From IMG/VR virus record IMGVR_UViG_3300011934_000017, positions 156,238 to 220,237 of that record: 64,000 nt of DNA. One strand, written 5' to 3'. Positions 54,920-64,000 of this stretch are shown here, piece after piece. The notes beneath the pieces were generated by a model. That model had not been told where the DNA came from, searched no databases, and worked only from the letters and a program-made list of their open reading frames with translations. The position numbers and the translations under genes are program-made. The number at the start of each line of letters is the position of its first letter. Position 1 is the stretch's first letter.

Positions 54920-55867
54920 ATGTCTAAGAAAAAAGTGAAACTTCCTACAAAAAAGCTCGTCACACTGTACGAATCTGTAGGACTGTATGATGCCTTCTAT
55001 AATCGCAGTTTAGGTTACAAAGTAGGTGAAGCGGGTGCATTTTCTCGTATTCTGGAAGCCGAAGAAAAGCGGCCTACTAGCATTCTTGAACTGTTTGCTA
55101 ACACTGGTTCTCGCCATAAAAATTTCTTCGAGCTACAGTACAACTACATCAACGAAATCCAAACATATAAAGGACTTGACGGCTTAGCGCCTCCAAGTCC
55201 TGATGTTATCAGTGCCGATGCTGGTCGTGGTGATTTCGGTGAGAAATTCGATGCCGTATTCGCCTATTATTATTCCGTCTCTTCTGCTATTGATCTTGAA
55301 AGTGAGACAGGTAATATTACTTGGGAATACATGCGCAAGATTTTCGAAAACGTGCGTAAGCACCTAAATCCTGGAGGTATCTTCGTCATTGATAGTGCTA
55401 TCGATGGTTACCGTCTTAGCCTAGGTTCTGTTGTTGACAGGGAAGACGACACAGACACCACTACTACCGCCATCCCACTCGGTCATTCTTTACGTGCAGA
55501 GCTAAAAGCTGAAGGAATTAAGATCGAAGATAAAGACGAAGTGGAAGCCAAGTACAAACATACGACGATCTATAAACGTCTGACAGGCAATACGGAAGAC
55601 TGGGTTGATCACGTTAAAATTTACGTTAATGAAAAGCCTGTCTTCAAATACATGGTAAAGCAACCTTTCTGCCAGCGCTACTTTTCTGAACCTGAAGTTG
55701 TTCGCATGTTACAGGAAGCAGGCTTCGACGATATTGATTTTTGGTCATGCGATTACTCTGACGGTGACGCAGATAAGCTAACTCAAAGCGTCCAACCTTC
55801 TGATTGTCCCAATGAAGAAGAAGAAATGATCATGGCTAATGTGTTTGTGGCTCGCGTTAAGGAATGA
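54920..55867 (+). CDS. Class I SAM-dependent methyltransferase (small-molecule type)
   Basis: ILELFANTG, GLD, ADA...FDAV, HLNPGGIFVID, LQEAGF; GAGG RBS before ATG 54920. Confidence 0.8.
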   Translation: MSKKKVKLPTKKLVTLYESVGLYDAFYNRSLGYKVGEAGAFSRILEAEEKRPTSILELFANTGSRHKNFFELQYNYINEIQTYKGLDGLAPPSPDVISADAGRGDFGEKFDAVFAYYYSVSSAIDLESETGNITWEYMRKIFENVRKHLNPGGIFVIDSAIDGYRLSLGSVVDREDDTDTTTTAIPLGHSLRAELKAEGIKIEDKDEVEAKYKHTTIYKRLTGNTEDWVDHVKIYVNEKPVFKYMVKQPFCQRYFSEPEVVRMLQEAGFDDIDFWSCDYSDGDADKLTQSVQPSDCPNEEEEMIMANVFVARVKE

Positions 55868-56439
55868 CTATGGACTTCGCTTTAGACTTAGAAACGTTAG
55901 GCTTAAAACAAAACAGCGTTATTGTGAACGTAGGAATTACCTACTTCGATCCTGCAAAAGTGGATTCTTTTGACACTCTACTTAAAAGGTCAAAGATATT
56001 TACTTTGGATAGAAGCGTACAGAAGCTTCTAGGTAGAATCGAATATGCTGCTACTTTAGAGTGGTGGAAAAAGCAAGGTGAAGAAGCGAAACGACAACTG
56101 GACGTTGCAGGGAATCCTCCTGATGTTGTTGCACGTTATTTAAAGGACTACCTACGATCTTACGGGGATAAACGTTCTCGAATTTATTGCCGTGGCACCC
56201 ACTTTGATATTGCTTTGCTTGAAAGCCTGTTTCTTCAGTTCAATGTCGATCATCCTTGGCATTACCGAAAACCTCGTTGTTCTCGCACTGTTTTGGATGA
56301 GTGGGGAATTACGGACGATATGCTAGTTGAGCGTCCTGAAAACATGGTAGCACACAACTCCGCTGCGGATGCTGCTTTCGAAGCTTACATGCTACAGCGT
56401 GTGCGTAACGGCGTAGAACTTCCAATAAGAACCAAATGA
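55864..56439 (+). CDS. DEDDh 3'-5' exonuclease
   Basis: LDLET, RGTHFD, HNSAADA. Confidence 0.9.
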   Translation: MTMDFALDLETLGLKQNSVIVNVGITYFDPAKVDSFDTLLKRSKIFTLDRSVQKLLGRIEYAATLEWWKKQGEEAKRQLDVAGNPPDVVARYLKDYLRSYGDKRSRIYCRGTHFDIALLESLFLQFNVDHPWHYRKPRCSRTVLDEWGITDDMLVERPENMVAHNSAADAAFEAYMLQRVRNGVELPIRTK

Positions 56440-56446
56440 TACGTAC

Positions 56447-56479
56447 AGGGTACTTCCTTTATTAGGAGTACCCTTTTTT
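56447..56479 (+). terminator. Rho-independent terminator
   Basis: AGGGTACTTCCT-TTATT-AGGAGTACCCT followed by TTTTT. Confidence 0.8.
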
Positions 56480-56580
56480 CGTTCTTACTCTTCTAGCCTA
56501 TATAATTTATGTAGTGGGAAAGCGAAACTGGCCGAGTTTCGATAACGACCATATAAGAAACGCTAGAAGGAGTTTCGATA

Positions 56581-58212
56581 ATGAAATCAGTACATCCAAG
56601 TGCGGGTGTTTACGCGAATGAGATTGATCTTTCTCAGCGCGTAGCTTCCGCTTCTACCAGCATCGGTGCAGTTATCGGTGCAGCACAAAAAGGTCCTGTG
56701 GGCGAACGTACCTTAGTTACAGATAATACGGAGTTACGTCAGAAGTTTGGTAATCCAGACGCTCGTAAATATCAGTACATGATGTATAGTGCTGATGCAT
56801 TTATTCAACGCAGTAGCCAGCTTTATGTTACCCGTTTGGTTAACGGTGCTTTGACTGCAGGTGCTTATCTGACAGTGGATGATCCGCAAGCTAATACACC
56901 TATTCTGTCTCTTCGCAACTTCGACGACGGGAATAATTATCCGAAAGGTGTTGATGCGCCTATGGACAATCTGTACTTTAATCTTGGCGATCAAGGCTTA
57001 GATAGTACAATGTTCTTTGTCGCTGCACACAATCCAGGTGAGTGGAATAACCGTATTGCTGTTCGCATTACGCCGTCTACACCTAAAGGTCTTCCAGTAG
57101 GTCAAGGTCACGATACAAAACACTTTATCATCGAAGTCTACTACGACTACACGGGCCCTGCAAACATGCCTGTGGAGAAGTTCGTTGTTGGTCGTAAAAT
57201 TGGTGAAGTTGACGGTAATGGTAAGCCTCTGTTTATCGAGGACGTTATCAATCGCAACTCTGCTTACATTCAAGTGCGTAATAATCCTCATTGCCCCGAG
57301 TATCCTGTTCTTAATCCTGTATTTGAGTTCTTGAATGGTGGTACTGATGGTAATCGCGTTACAGACGATCAGGTCGCAGAAGCTTGGTCTTTGTATGACG
57401 ATCCAGAAGAAATCGACGTTAATATCCTGATCAACGGTGGTTACGCTACTCCCTTTGTTCAACGGGCTATGGTTGTTTTGGCTGAGAGTCGTCAAGATGC
57501 TACAGCGATTCTGGACGTTCCTGATGAAGACTACGAAGTAGCTAACGCTGTTAACTACCGCCGTAATACTTTGAACGTTAATTCTAGTTATGGTGCTATT
57601 TACGGTCCGTGGGTTCAGATTCGTGACACGTACAACAACAAGAAGATTTTCGTTCCACCGAGTGGTCTTGTTGCTGGCGCTTATTCTGCTACAGACTCCG
57701 ATCGTGCTCTTTGGTTCGCACCTGCTGGCTTGAATCGCGGTGGCCTAAACATTCTGGCTGTTCGCAAGAAGTACAATCAAGGCGCGCGGGATGCTTTGGA
57801 TCGTGCTCAGATCAACGCTATTCGCTTTCTGCCGGGTCGTGGTTATGTGGTTTGGGGTCAAGAGACAATGCAAGCGCATTCCAGCTCCCTGTCCAACGTC
57901 AACGTTCGCCGTCTTATCAACTTCATTAAGAAGTCTATCAGCACATCGGCAAATACTGGCGTGTTCGATCCGAACGATACGTTCTTGCGCCTGAAGCTAA
58001 GCTCCATGGCTTCTGGTTTCCTTGAGCCTATTAAGAATGGTCGTGGTCTATACGAATATGATGTTGTCTGTGACGAACGCAACAATCCGCCCGAATCCAT
58101 TGCTAACGGCATTCTGGTGCTTGATGTTTATGCTGATCCTGTTATTCCGGCTAAACGTATTCACTTAACTGCTCACATTCAACCGACCGGTTCTTACTTT
58201 GATGAAGGATAA
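56581..58212 (+). CDS. Contractile tail sheath protein
   Basis: HPSAGVYANEID, GAAQKGP, YGAIYGPW, VPPSG, WFAPAGLNRG, VWGQET, NVRRL, VCDERNNP. Confidence 0.95.
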   Translation: MKSVHPSAGVYANEIDLSQRVASASTSIGAVIGAAQKGPVGERTLVTDNTELRQKFGNPDARKYQYMMYSADAFIQRSSQLYVTRLVNGALTAGAYLTVDDPQANTPILSLRNFDDGNNYPKGVDAPMDNLYFNLGDQGLDSTMFFVAAHNPGEWNNRIAVRITPSTPKGLPVGQGHDTKHFIIEVYYDYTGPANMPVEKFVVGRKIGEVDGNGKPLFIEDVINRNSAYIQVRNNPHCPEYPVLNPVFEFLNGGTDGNRVTDDQVAEAWSLYDDPEEIDVNILINGGYATPFVQRAMVVLAESRQDATAILDVPDEDYEVANAVNYRRNTLNVNSSYGAIYGPWVQIRDTYNNKKIFVPPSGLVAGAYSATDSDRALWFAPAGLNRGGLNILAVRKKYNQGARDALDRAQINAIRFLPGRGYVVWGQETMQAHSSSLSNVNVRRLINFIKKSISTSANTGVFDPNDTFLRLKLSSMASGFLEPIKNGRGLYEYDVVCDERNNPPESIANGILVLDVYADPVIPAKRIHLTAHIQPTGSYFDEG

Positions 58213-58318
58213 TCAACAGTTACTTGAGCGGGCTTTGGTTATCGCTCGCAACGTAAACACCCTTCTCGACAAAGCCTATGCGGCCCACGTCGAAGCCGTC
58301 CAAACACGAGGTTAAATC

Positions 58319-58957
58319 ATGGAACGTCGTCTACAGCAACTCATTGAGGACTTCGAGCGCGTCTCAAACGTCCGTAATCTTGATTCTAATAACCCTATTG
58401 TTATGCGAATCAGTCATCCCACAAACGCCAGTGTTCACGTTATTGTCTGTGCGCTAGAAGAACCTACAACTCTGGTACTTCCGCTTAATGTCACTTGGTT
58501 CGTTTACGATCCTATGAGCGCGGACTACCGCCAGGCTCTTCGTCGTGAAAGCAAAAACGATGATCCTTCTGGTATCTACGAGCAAGAATGGATTACCGTA
58601 TCTACGTATGATGAAGTCTTTGTTGACCAGTTCTACGATGAAGCGGATACAGAGCTTCTTAGCGACAATTCAGGTCCTTCACCTGCTCAGACCGACGCTT
58701 TGGGTATTGCACGTCTGTCTTATCCTGCTGAAGTGAAATCAAACCCCGTTGTAGTTGTTGAGGGTGATCCACGTCTGTCTGATGCACGAGTTCCTTTGGC
58801 GCATACGCACCCTGAGCGTCCTGCACGACAGCTAAAGACTTCGGAAGGTGTTGTCACTATCGAAGGTTCTGATGCTCCTACTTCTGGATCAGTGTTGGTA
58901 GCCACCTCTGCTACTACAGCCGAATGGCGTAAACTGCGCACTTCTGACATTCGTTAA
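58319..58957 (+). CDS. Tail-associated protein, paralog of the N-terminus of the Ig-repeat protein
   Basis: Shares NPI...LPLNVTW...DP...Y..ALRR and DPR.S..R.PL.HTHP with the 58973 protein. Confidence 0.75.
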   Translation: MERRLQQLIEDFERVSNVRNLDSNNPIVMRISHPTNASVHVIVCALEEPTTLVLPLNVTWFVYDPMSADYRQALRRESKNDDPSGIYEQEWITVSTYDEVFVDQFYDEADTELLSDNSGPSPAQTDALGIARLSYPAEVKSNPVVVVEGDPRLSDARVPLAHTHPERPARQLKTSEGVVTIEGSDAPTSGSVLVATSATTAEWRKLRTSDIR

Positions 58958-58972
58958 TTGAGGAGCCCTGCT

Positions 58973-61900
58973 ATGACAAGGCTTGAACAATTTATCGACC
59001 GCGTAGTGACTGTGGCAGAACGGCGCAATCTTGCTCCTGAAAACCCTATCACTATCATGATCGATGTAGGAAACTCGCAGTATTATACTGTGGTTTCACA
59101 CGGTGAACCTAATCACGTTACGCTTCCACTTAACGTCACTTGGGTAGTAGCCGATCCTGATAGCCCTCATTACATGAAAGCTTTGCGCCGTGCTTCTGCA
59201 TTGCCTTTTGATGGTTATCGAAACACATGGGCAGAGCTTCGTACCTACGAAGACTTTGAAGACGAACCACAATTCTGGGATTTGAGTGCTACGTTCCAGT
59301 TCGGTGAGGTTCAAGTAGCAGGTGTTCAGCCTGCTACTGATACGATGCGCGGTGTGTTCATGCTTAATCGTGAACCTGCCGATCCTGCTGATCCGATTAT
59401 CGTGTCTAGCGATGATCCGCGCATGAGCAACGAGCGTCAGCCACTTCCGCATACGCATCCTCTTTTACCTTCGACAATGCTACAAGGCAGTCAAGGTACT
59501 CATGAGTTCTTTGTGCATATCGGAAACAATCGCAGTCCTAAAGCAGGTGAGCTTCTTGCTCTTACTCGTCCTGCGACAGAACCTGGCGAATGGCACGGCG
59601 AATGGCGTTACGTTGAAGAAACCGATCTGGTATATGACGGCCCTGTCGTAACAGATATGGTGATCAACGGTCCTGTGGGAGATACCGTTGACGAAGGAAC
59701 ACCTGTTCCCTTCACTGTCGATGTTACGTTCTCTGACAGTTCTACAATGACGTCCGTTCCTGCTACTTGGGAAGTCATTGCTAACACTGCGGCAGGTACG
59801 ATTCGCACGAGCACAGGTGTGTTCACATCAAACGATGTGTCTGGCGATCAGGTAGTTCGAGTTAAAGCAACTTGGCGTCACGCTGAAGCAAATGCTGAGC
59901 ATTCCGCTACCTATGATCTGACTGTTGTTGATAACACCGTTACCGCTGTTCTGGATCGTATTGAAATCTCAGGTCCTTCTACTATCACTGAAGGCGGTTT
60001 GAGCGAAGTATATTCTGTCACAGCTTTTTATGATGATGGAAGTTCACGCGGTGTTACGCCGACCACTTTCACTTCTAGCAACGTAGCCGCAGGTACGCTC
60101 AACGCTTCTACCGGTATTTTCACATCTTCCGTTAACGTCGTCAATAACCAGACCACAACGCTTGCTGCTTCTTACACTGAAGCTGGTGTCACTCGCACGG
60201 ATTCGTTGGATCTTACAGTTCAAGATACCACCGTCTATCCTGTTAGTGCTACTATCGTTGGTCCTGATACGGTTAATGAGAATACCGAAATCACGTATGC
60301 ACTGAGTGTTACGTTCTCTGACCTGTCTACCAGCGAAGTTGGTGTGTCTGATTGGGCAACTACCAATCTCGATGCCGGTACTATTGATTCAACGTCTGGT
60401 GTGTTCACAGCACCTATTGACTTGAATGAAAACAAGGTAACCGATATTTCGGCTTCGTTTACATCGAACGGTCGAACAGTCTCCGCAACCAAGACGCTTA
60501 CTGTGTCTGATGCAACTGTTTATCCGCTGAGTGCAGTGATCGAAGGTCCCGATCAGGTTAACGAGTCTGAAGTTGGTAACTATAGCTTCCGTGTTTCGTT
60601 CTCTGATTCTACCAACTCTGTTGTTTCAGTCGATGACTGGGCTATCAGCGACGGTGCTCTTGGTGTTATCGGAAATAACAGCGGTGAGTTTACCGCCGCA
60701 GCCGATATTCCCACCAACTTGACCGGTACAATCTCTGCTTCTTATACACAAGCGGGCGAGACTGTTACGGCGTCTAAGGTTGTATCTATTATCGATACGA
60801 CTAACTACCCTGTCAGCGCAGCTATTGTTGGTTCTCCGACAATGGGCGAAGGGCAGAGTCAAGACCTTGTACTTGAAGTTACCTATCAAGACGGTACTAC
60901 TGAGCCACGCACTGCTTTCGAGTGGGCAAGCTCTAACACCGCCGTAGCTACTGTGAATGCTTCCGGCAAAGTGCAGGCAGTTAACAATCTGCTGTCCAAT
61001 CGTACTCTTATCATTTCAGCCGAGTACAAAGAAAACGGTAAGACGGTAACTGCCAATCTGTCCCTGACTGTGACTGACGACACGAACTATCCTGTGAGTG
61101 CTGCTATCAAAGGTCCTGAAACAGTTAACGAAGATACTACCGTTACGTACACCCTTGAAGTTACCTTCCAAGATAGCTCTAAGGCCGTGCAGCCTGTATC
61201 GTCGTTTACTGTCTCTGACTCAGCGCTTGGTACTATCACAAGCGATGGTCGCCTGACAGCGCCAGCTACAGTTTCTTCCAATGTTACTGGTCAAGTTCTT
61301 GCTGACTACACGCTAGATGGCACCACTGTTTCGGCTGTTCTGGATATCACTGTTACAGACATTACGGTTTATCCTGCGTCTGCTAACATCATCGGTCCGT
61401 CTAACGTCGATGAAGAGTCTTCAACGACCTACATGTTAGAAGTCACCTTCAGCGATGCTACCAAGCGTAACGTAACGGTCTCTGATTGGGCAAGCAGCGA
61501 TAACACAGTCGGTGTTATTGGTGCCTCTACAGGTGTTCTGAATACCCTGACAATCAGCGACGATTCTGCAATTTCGATTTCTGCAAGCTTCACAGAAAAC
61601 GGCGTCACGGTGTCCGATAGCAAGAACATCATTGTTTCGGACACCACGAACTATCCAGTTAGCGCTGTTGTTCAAGGCAACAATGTTCTAACAGAAGGTG
61701 GGGGTGCAGTTACCTACAGCTTGAACGTTAGCTTTAGTGACGGGCAGTCTCAGATAATGCCTGCTGCGTGGACTCAGACCAACACAAACGCAGGTACGCT
61801 AGACGCTTCGACAGGTTCGTTTATTCCCGCTTCCAACATTGTAGGCGGCGATAAGACAACCAAGATCGAAGGCACGTATACGCTGAACGGACAGACCGTG

Positions 61901-63478
61901 AAAGCTTCTGTCAACGTTACTGTTGAAGATTTGACAGCTTATCCGACTAGCGCTACAATCGTTGGGCCTACAAGTGTAGATGAAGAAACAACGGTTACAT
62001 ACGAACTGCGTGTGGACTTTGATGATTCTTCTACATTGACCGTTCCAGCTACCGACTTCACTTCCAGTAATCCTGCTGCGGGTACAATCGACTCTGCTAC
62101 AGGTGAGTTTGTCGCTGCTGTTAACGATACCGGCAGCAACGTATCGACGACGATTTCCGCATCATGGGAAGTTGATGGTGTTGTTCAGACAGGTACGCTG
62201 AACGTTGGTGTTGTTGATACCACAGTGTACGTTGCTTCTACTCAGATCATTGGCCCAACAACACTCAATGAAGGTGAGTCAGCTACATACACCTTTGAAC
62301 TAACCTACGATGATGGTATTTCCGCTATTGTTGTAGTTCGTGATTGGGCTGTAGACAACACTACTGCGGCGACCATTACACAAGATGGTGAGCTTACCGT
62401 AAATAGCATCACTTCTGATCGTAACGTAACGATTACAGCTTCTTATACGGACGATAAGGGTGTGCCGCACGGACAGTCTTTGATCGTTGACCTGAAAGAC
62501 ACGATCCTACGTCCTGTGTCGTTGCAAATCAACGGTCCTGCGACTTTGCTTGAAGGTAGTCCAGGCACGTACTCTTCCGTCGTTACTTACGACAACGGAA
62601 GCACTGCTGGTGCCACTGTGACAGACTGGGCAATCACGCCCACAAGTCTGGGCAACTTCATTGGAAATGACCTTACTTCCAACGATATTGATGCAGACGA
62701 AAGCGGTACTATCACATGTTCCTATACTGAAAATGGAAGCACTGTATTTGGAACCAAGCCTATCACCGTGGAGCATATCTATCCCGATGGTGCTACGGTA
62801 ACAGGCGTTGCTACTGTTAGTTCAGATGAGGTACAGACTTACAAGCTGTCTGTTTCACGTAGTGACGGTTCTAACACAGATGAAGTCGCCGCTTGGTCTA
62901 TCAATTCTCAGATCGACGTTGATGGAAATCCTGTAGTAGCGCCAGCCACCATTGACAGTGCTGGAGTCTTAACTGTTGGTACCGTTACAGAGGACGTTAC
63001 GATTACCATCGAAGGCACATACGTTGAGAACGGTGTTACCGTTTCAAACACTCTTGACGTTGCTTTGGTAGTTAGCTTAGTTTCTGCTACCGCTGTGCCT
63101 AAGTGGGGCTTTGCAGGTTATGTGACGCCTGACTTTAACGTTGGCTTCTCTGGTCCACAAGCTTTCATTGACTCTCTTGTTAATGAAATGCCTGATCGTG
63201 AAAGCGGTCACACAATCACCTATCAGCTTGCTGCTGACGAGTATGCGTATTATGCTTGCCCGAAAGACATGGGTGAACCTACGTTTGTAGACATGGCAAG
63301 CAGCTTCAGCGGTGGTTGGGATGGGGCTTCGTGGTTAGATGATTATTCTAATCTGGATAATAAAGGTCCTGTAGAAGTAATGTACGATGCAGGAAATGGA
63401 CCCGAACCATGGCTTATTTATCGTACCGATTGGACGGGTCCGAATAGCAGTCCCGTCAATTTTCGAATTGACTTTTAA
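58973..63478 (+). CDS. Large virion fibre/decoration protein with about 12 Ig-like repeats
   Basis: Repeating YPxSAxIxGPxxVxE...Y.L.V.F.D units about 95-100 aa apart; GAGGAG RBS before ATG 58973. Confidence 0.85.
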   Translation: MTRLEQFIDRVVTVAERRNLAPENPITIMIDVGNSQYYTVVSHGEPNHVTLPLNVTWVVADPDSPHYMKALRRASALPFDGYRNTWAELRTYEDFEDEPQFWDLSATFQFGEVQVAGVQPATDTMRGVFMLNREPADPADPIIVSSDDPRMSNERQPLPHTHPLLPSTMLQGSQGTHEFFVHIGNNRSPKAGELLALTRPATEPGEWHGEWRYVEETDLVYDGPVVTDMVINGPVGDTVDEGTPVPFTVDVTFSDSSTMTSVPATWEVIANTAAGTIRTSTGVFTSNDVSGDQVVRVKATWRHAEANAEHSATYDLTVVDNTVTAVLDRIEISGPSTITEGGLSEVYSVTAFYDDGSSRGVTPTTFTSSNVAAGTLNASTGIFTSSVNVVNNQTTTLAASYTEAGVTRTDSLDLTVQDTTVYPVSATIVGPDTVNENTEITYALSVTFSDLSTSEVGVSDWATTNLDAGTIDSTSGVFTAPIDLNENKVTDISASFTSNGRTVSATKTLTVSDATVYPLSAVIEGPDQVNESEVGNYSFRVSFSDSTNSVVSVDDWAISDGALGVIGNNSGEFTAAADIPTNLTGTISASYTQAGETVTASKVVSIIDTTNYPVSAAIVGSPTMGEGQSQDLVLEVTYQDGTTEPRTAFEWASSNTAVATVNASGKVQAVNNLLSNRTLIISAEYKENGKTVTANLSLTVTDDTNYPVSAAIKGPETVNEDTTVTYTLEVTFQDSSKAVQPVSSFTVSDSALGTITSDGRLTAPATVSSNVTGQVLADYTLDGTTVSAVLDITVTDITVYPASANIIGPSNVDEESSTTYMLEVTFSDATKRNVTVSDWASSDNTVGVIGASTGVLNTLTISDDSAISISASFTENGVTVSDSKNIIVSDTTNYPVSAVVQGNNVLTEGGGAVTYSLNVSFSDGQSQIMPAAWTQTNTNAGTLDASTGSFIPASNIVGGDKTTKIEGTYTLNGQTVKASVNVTVEDLTAYPTSATIVGPTSVDEETTVTYELRVDFDDSSTLTVPATDFTSSNPAAGTIDSATGEFVAAVNDTGSNVSTTISASWEVDGVVQTGTLNVGVVDTTVYVASTQIIGPTTLNEGESATYTFELTYDDGISAIVVVRDWAVDNTTAATITQDGELTVNSITSDRNVTITASYTDDKGVPHGQSLIVDLKDTILRPVSLQINGPATLLEGSPGTYSSVVTYDNGSTAGATVTDWAITPTSLGNFIGNDLTSNDIDADESGTITCSYTENGSTVFGTKPITVEHIYPDGATVTGVATVSSDEVQTYKLSVSRSDGSNTDEVAAWSINSQIDVDGNPVVAPATIDSAGVLTVGTVTEDVTITIEGTYVENGVTVSNTLDVALVVSLVSATAVPKWGFAGYVTPDFNVGFSGPQAFIDSLVNEMPDRESGHTITYQLAADEYAYYACPKDMGEPTFVDMASSFSGGWDGASWLDDYSNLDNKGPVEVMYDAGNGPEPWLIYRTDWTGPNSSPVNFRIDF

Positions 63479-63488
63479 TCAGTAACCT

Positions 63489-63512
63489 AAGGGCGAGTAC
63501 GCTCGCCCTTTT
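63489..63512 (+). terminator. Rho-independent terminator
   Basis: AAGGGCGAG-TACG-CTCGCCCTT-TT. Confidence 0.8.
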
Positions 63513-63532
63513 ATCTCAAATGAGGTGTTAAA

Positions 63533-64000
63533 ATGGCAGTCCCACTTACGTCGTTTCTTTCGAAAGCTAGTCCGGCAATTCCGTTTCTGTTGAAAGACAC
63601 AGACTTGCGCGGGGGTTATCGCGTTGTGTCTACAGAAGCCGATCGTGACGCTATCCCTACAGGTGCGAAAGCTCCAGGTATGTTGGTGTTCGTAACAGAA
63701 AACTCTACGTTCTTCCAATGGGATGGTGCAGCATTCCAACCGTTGGACGTTACGTCTATGGTAAATACCGGTACCGGTCTTACTATGGAAGCTGACGCTA
63801 TCACTGTTGATACTGCACATCTGGATACGTTGTACGCCCCGGTGACACACGATCATGATGCCAAGTATGCTGATATCAACCACGATCATGATACCCAGTA
63901 TTCGGCGTTGACTCACGACCATGATGGTGATTATGCTCCGGCGACACACGATCATGATGCCAAGTATGCTGATATCAACCACGATCATGATACCCAGTAT
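63533..64000 (+). CDS. Tail-fibre-like protein with HDHD repeats, truncated at window edge
   Basis: Manual translation MAVPLTSFLSKASPAIPFLLKDTDLRGGYRVV...THDHDAKYADINHDHDTQY; GAGGTG RBS; frame open to the end. Confidence 0.8.
   Translation, partial: MAVPLTSFLSKASPAIPFLLKDTDLRGGYRVVSTEADRDAIPTGAKAPGMLVFVTENSTFFQWDGAAFQPLDVTSMVNTGTGLTMEADAITVDTAHLDTLYAPVTHDHDAKYADINHDHDTQYSALTHDHDGDYAPATHDHDAKYADINHDHDTQY
63844..64000 (+). repeat. Exact 58-nt direct repeat, period 99 nt, built of 33-nt HDHD units
   Basis: 63844-63901 is identical to 63943-64000. Confidence 0.9.

Noticed and set aside
58955-58975. Stop-codon readthrough joining 58319-58957 to the in-frame Ig-repeat ORF
   Set aside because: The downstream gene has its own GAGGAG RBS and ATG 58973, and begins with a full copy of the paralogous domain.
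63479-63988. 169-aa - strand ORF with repeats
   Set aside because: Antisense of the HDHD fibre gene, which has the RBS and follows the terminator.
1-64000. tRNA/rRNA genes, integrase, transposase, introns, inteins
   Set aside because: None recognised by eye. Intergenic gaps are short except 8120-9172, and polymerase, helicase and primase motifs are contiguous. tRNAscan/Infernal were not run.

Overview
A 64-kb segment of a large lytic dsDNA myovirus (jumbo-phage-like). It is densely coded and mostly + strand, and I saw no tRNA, rRNA, CRISPR array or transposase. The gene set recalls Lu11/PaBG/Y3-type jumbo myoviruses, but that is from memory and unverified. Replication and recombination genes: Cas4-like nuclease, DnaG-type primase, RuvC, DnaX-like clamp loader, SbcC/SbcD, family-A DNA polymerase with an N-terminal UDG-like domain, beta-clamp, UvsY-like protein and SF2 helicase. 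Virion genes: subtilisin, histone-like basic protein, paralogous low-complexity proteins, a 2004-aa SNF2-domain protein, tail sheath, an Ig-repeat protein and an HDHD-repeat fibre running off the right edge. Two things stand out. (1) A promoter-to-terminator operon (9132-14760) encoding an amino-MTase, an atypical cytosine-type thymidylate-synthase-fold protein, a fold-II PLP enzyme, a glutaminase-less asparagine-synthetase-like ligase, a GNAT and a zincin; this is a candidate DNA base hypermodification pathway. (2) Directly upstream, a ~1-kb non-coding dyad-symmetric region with strand-specific GNA-triloop/tandem-GA hairpins; this is a candidate bidirectional replication origin. A phage promoter motif TGTAAATA recurs in front of many genes. 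All functional calls come from motif reading, not database searches.
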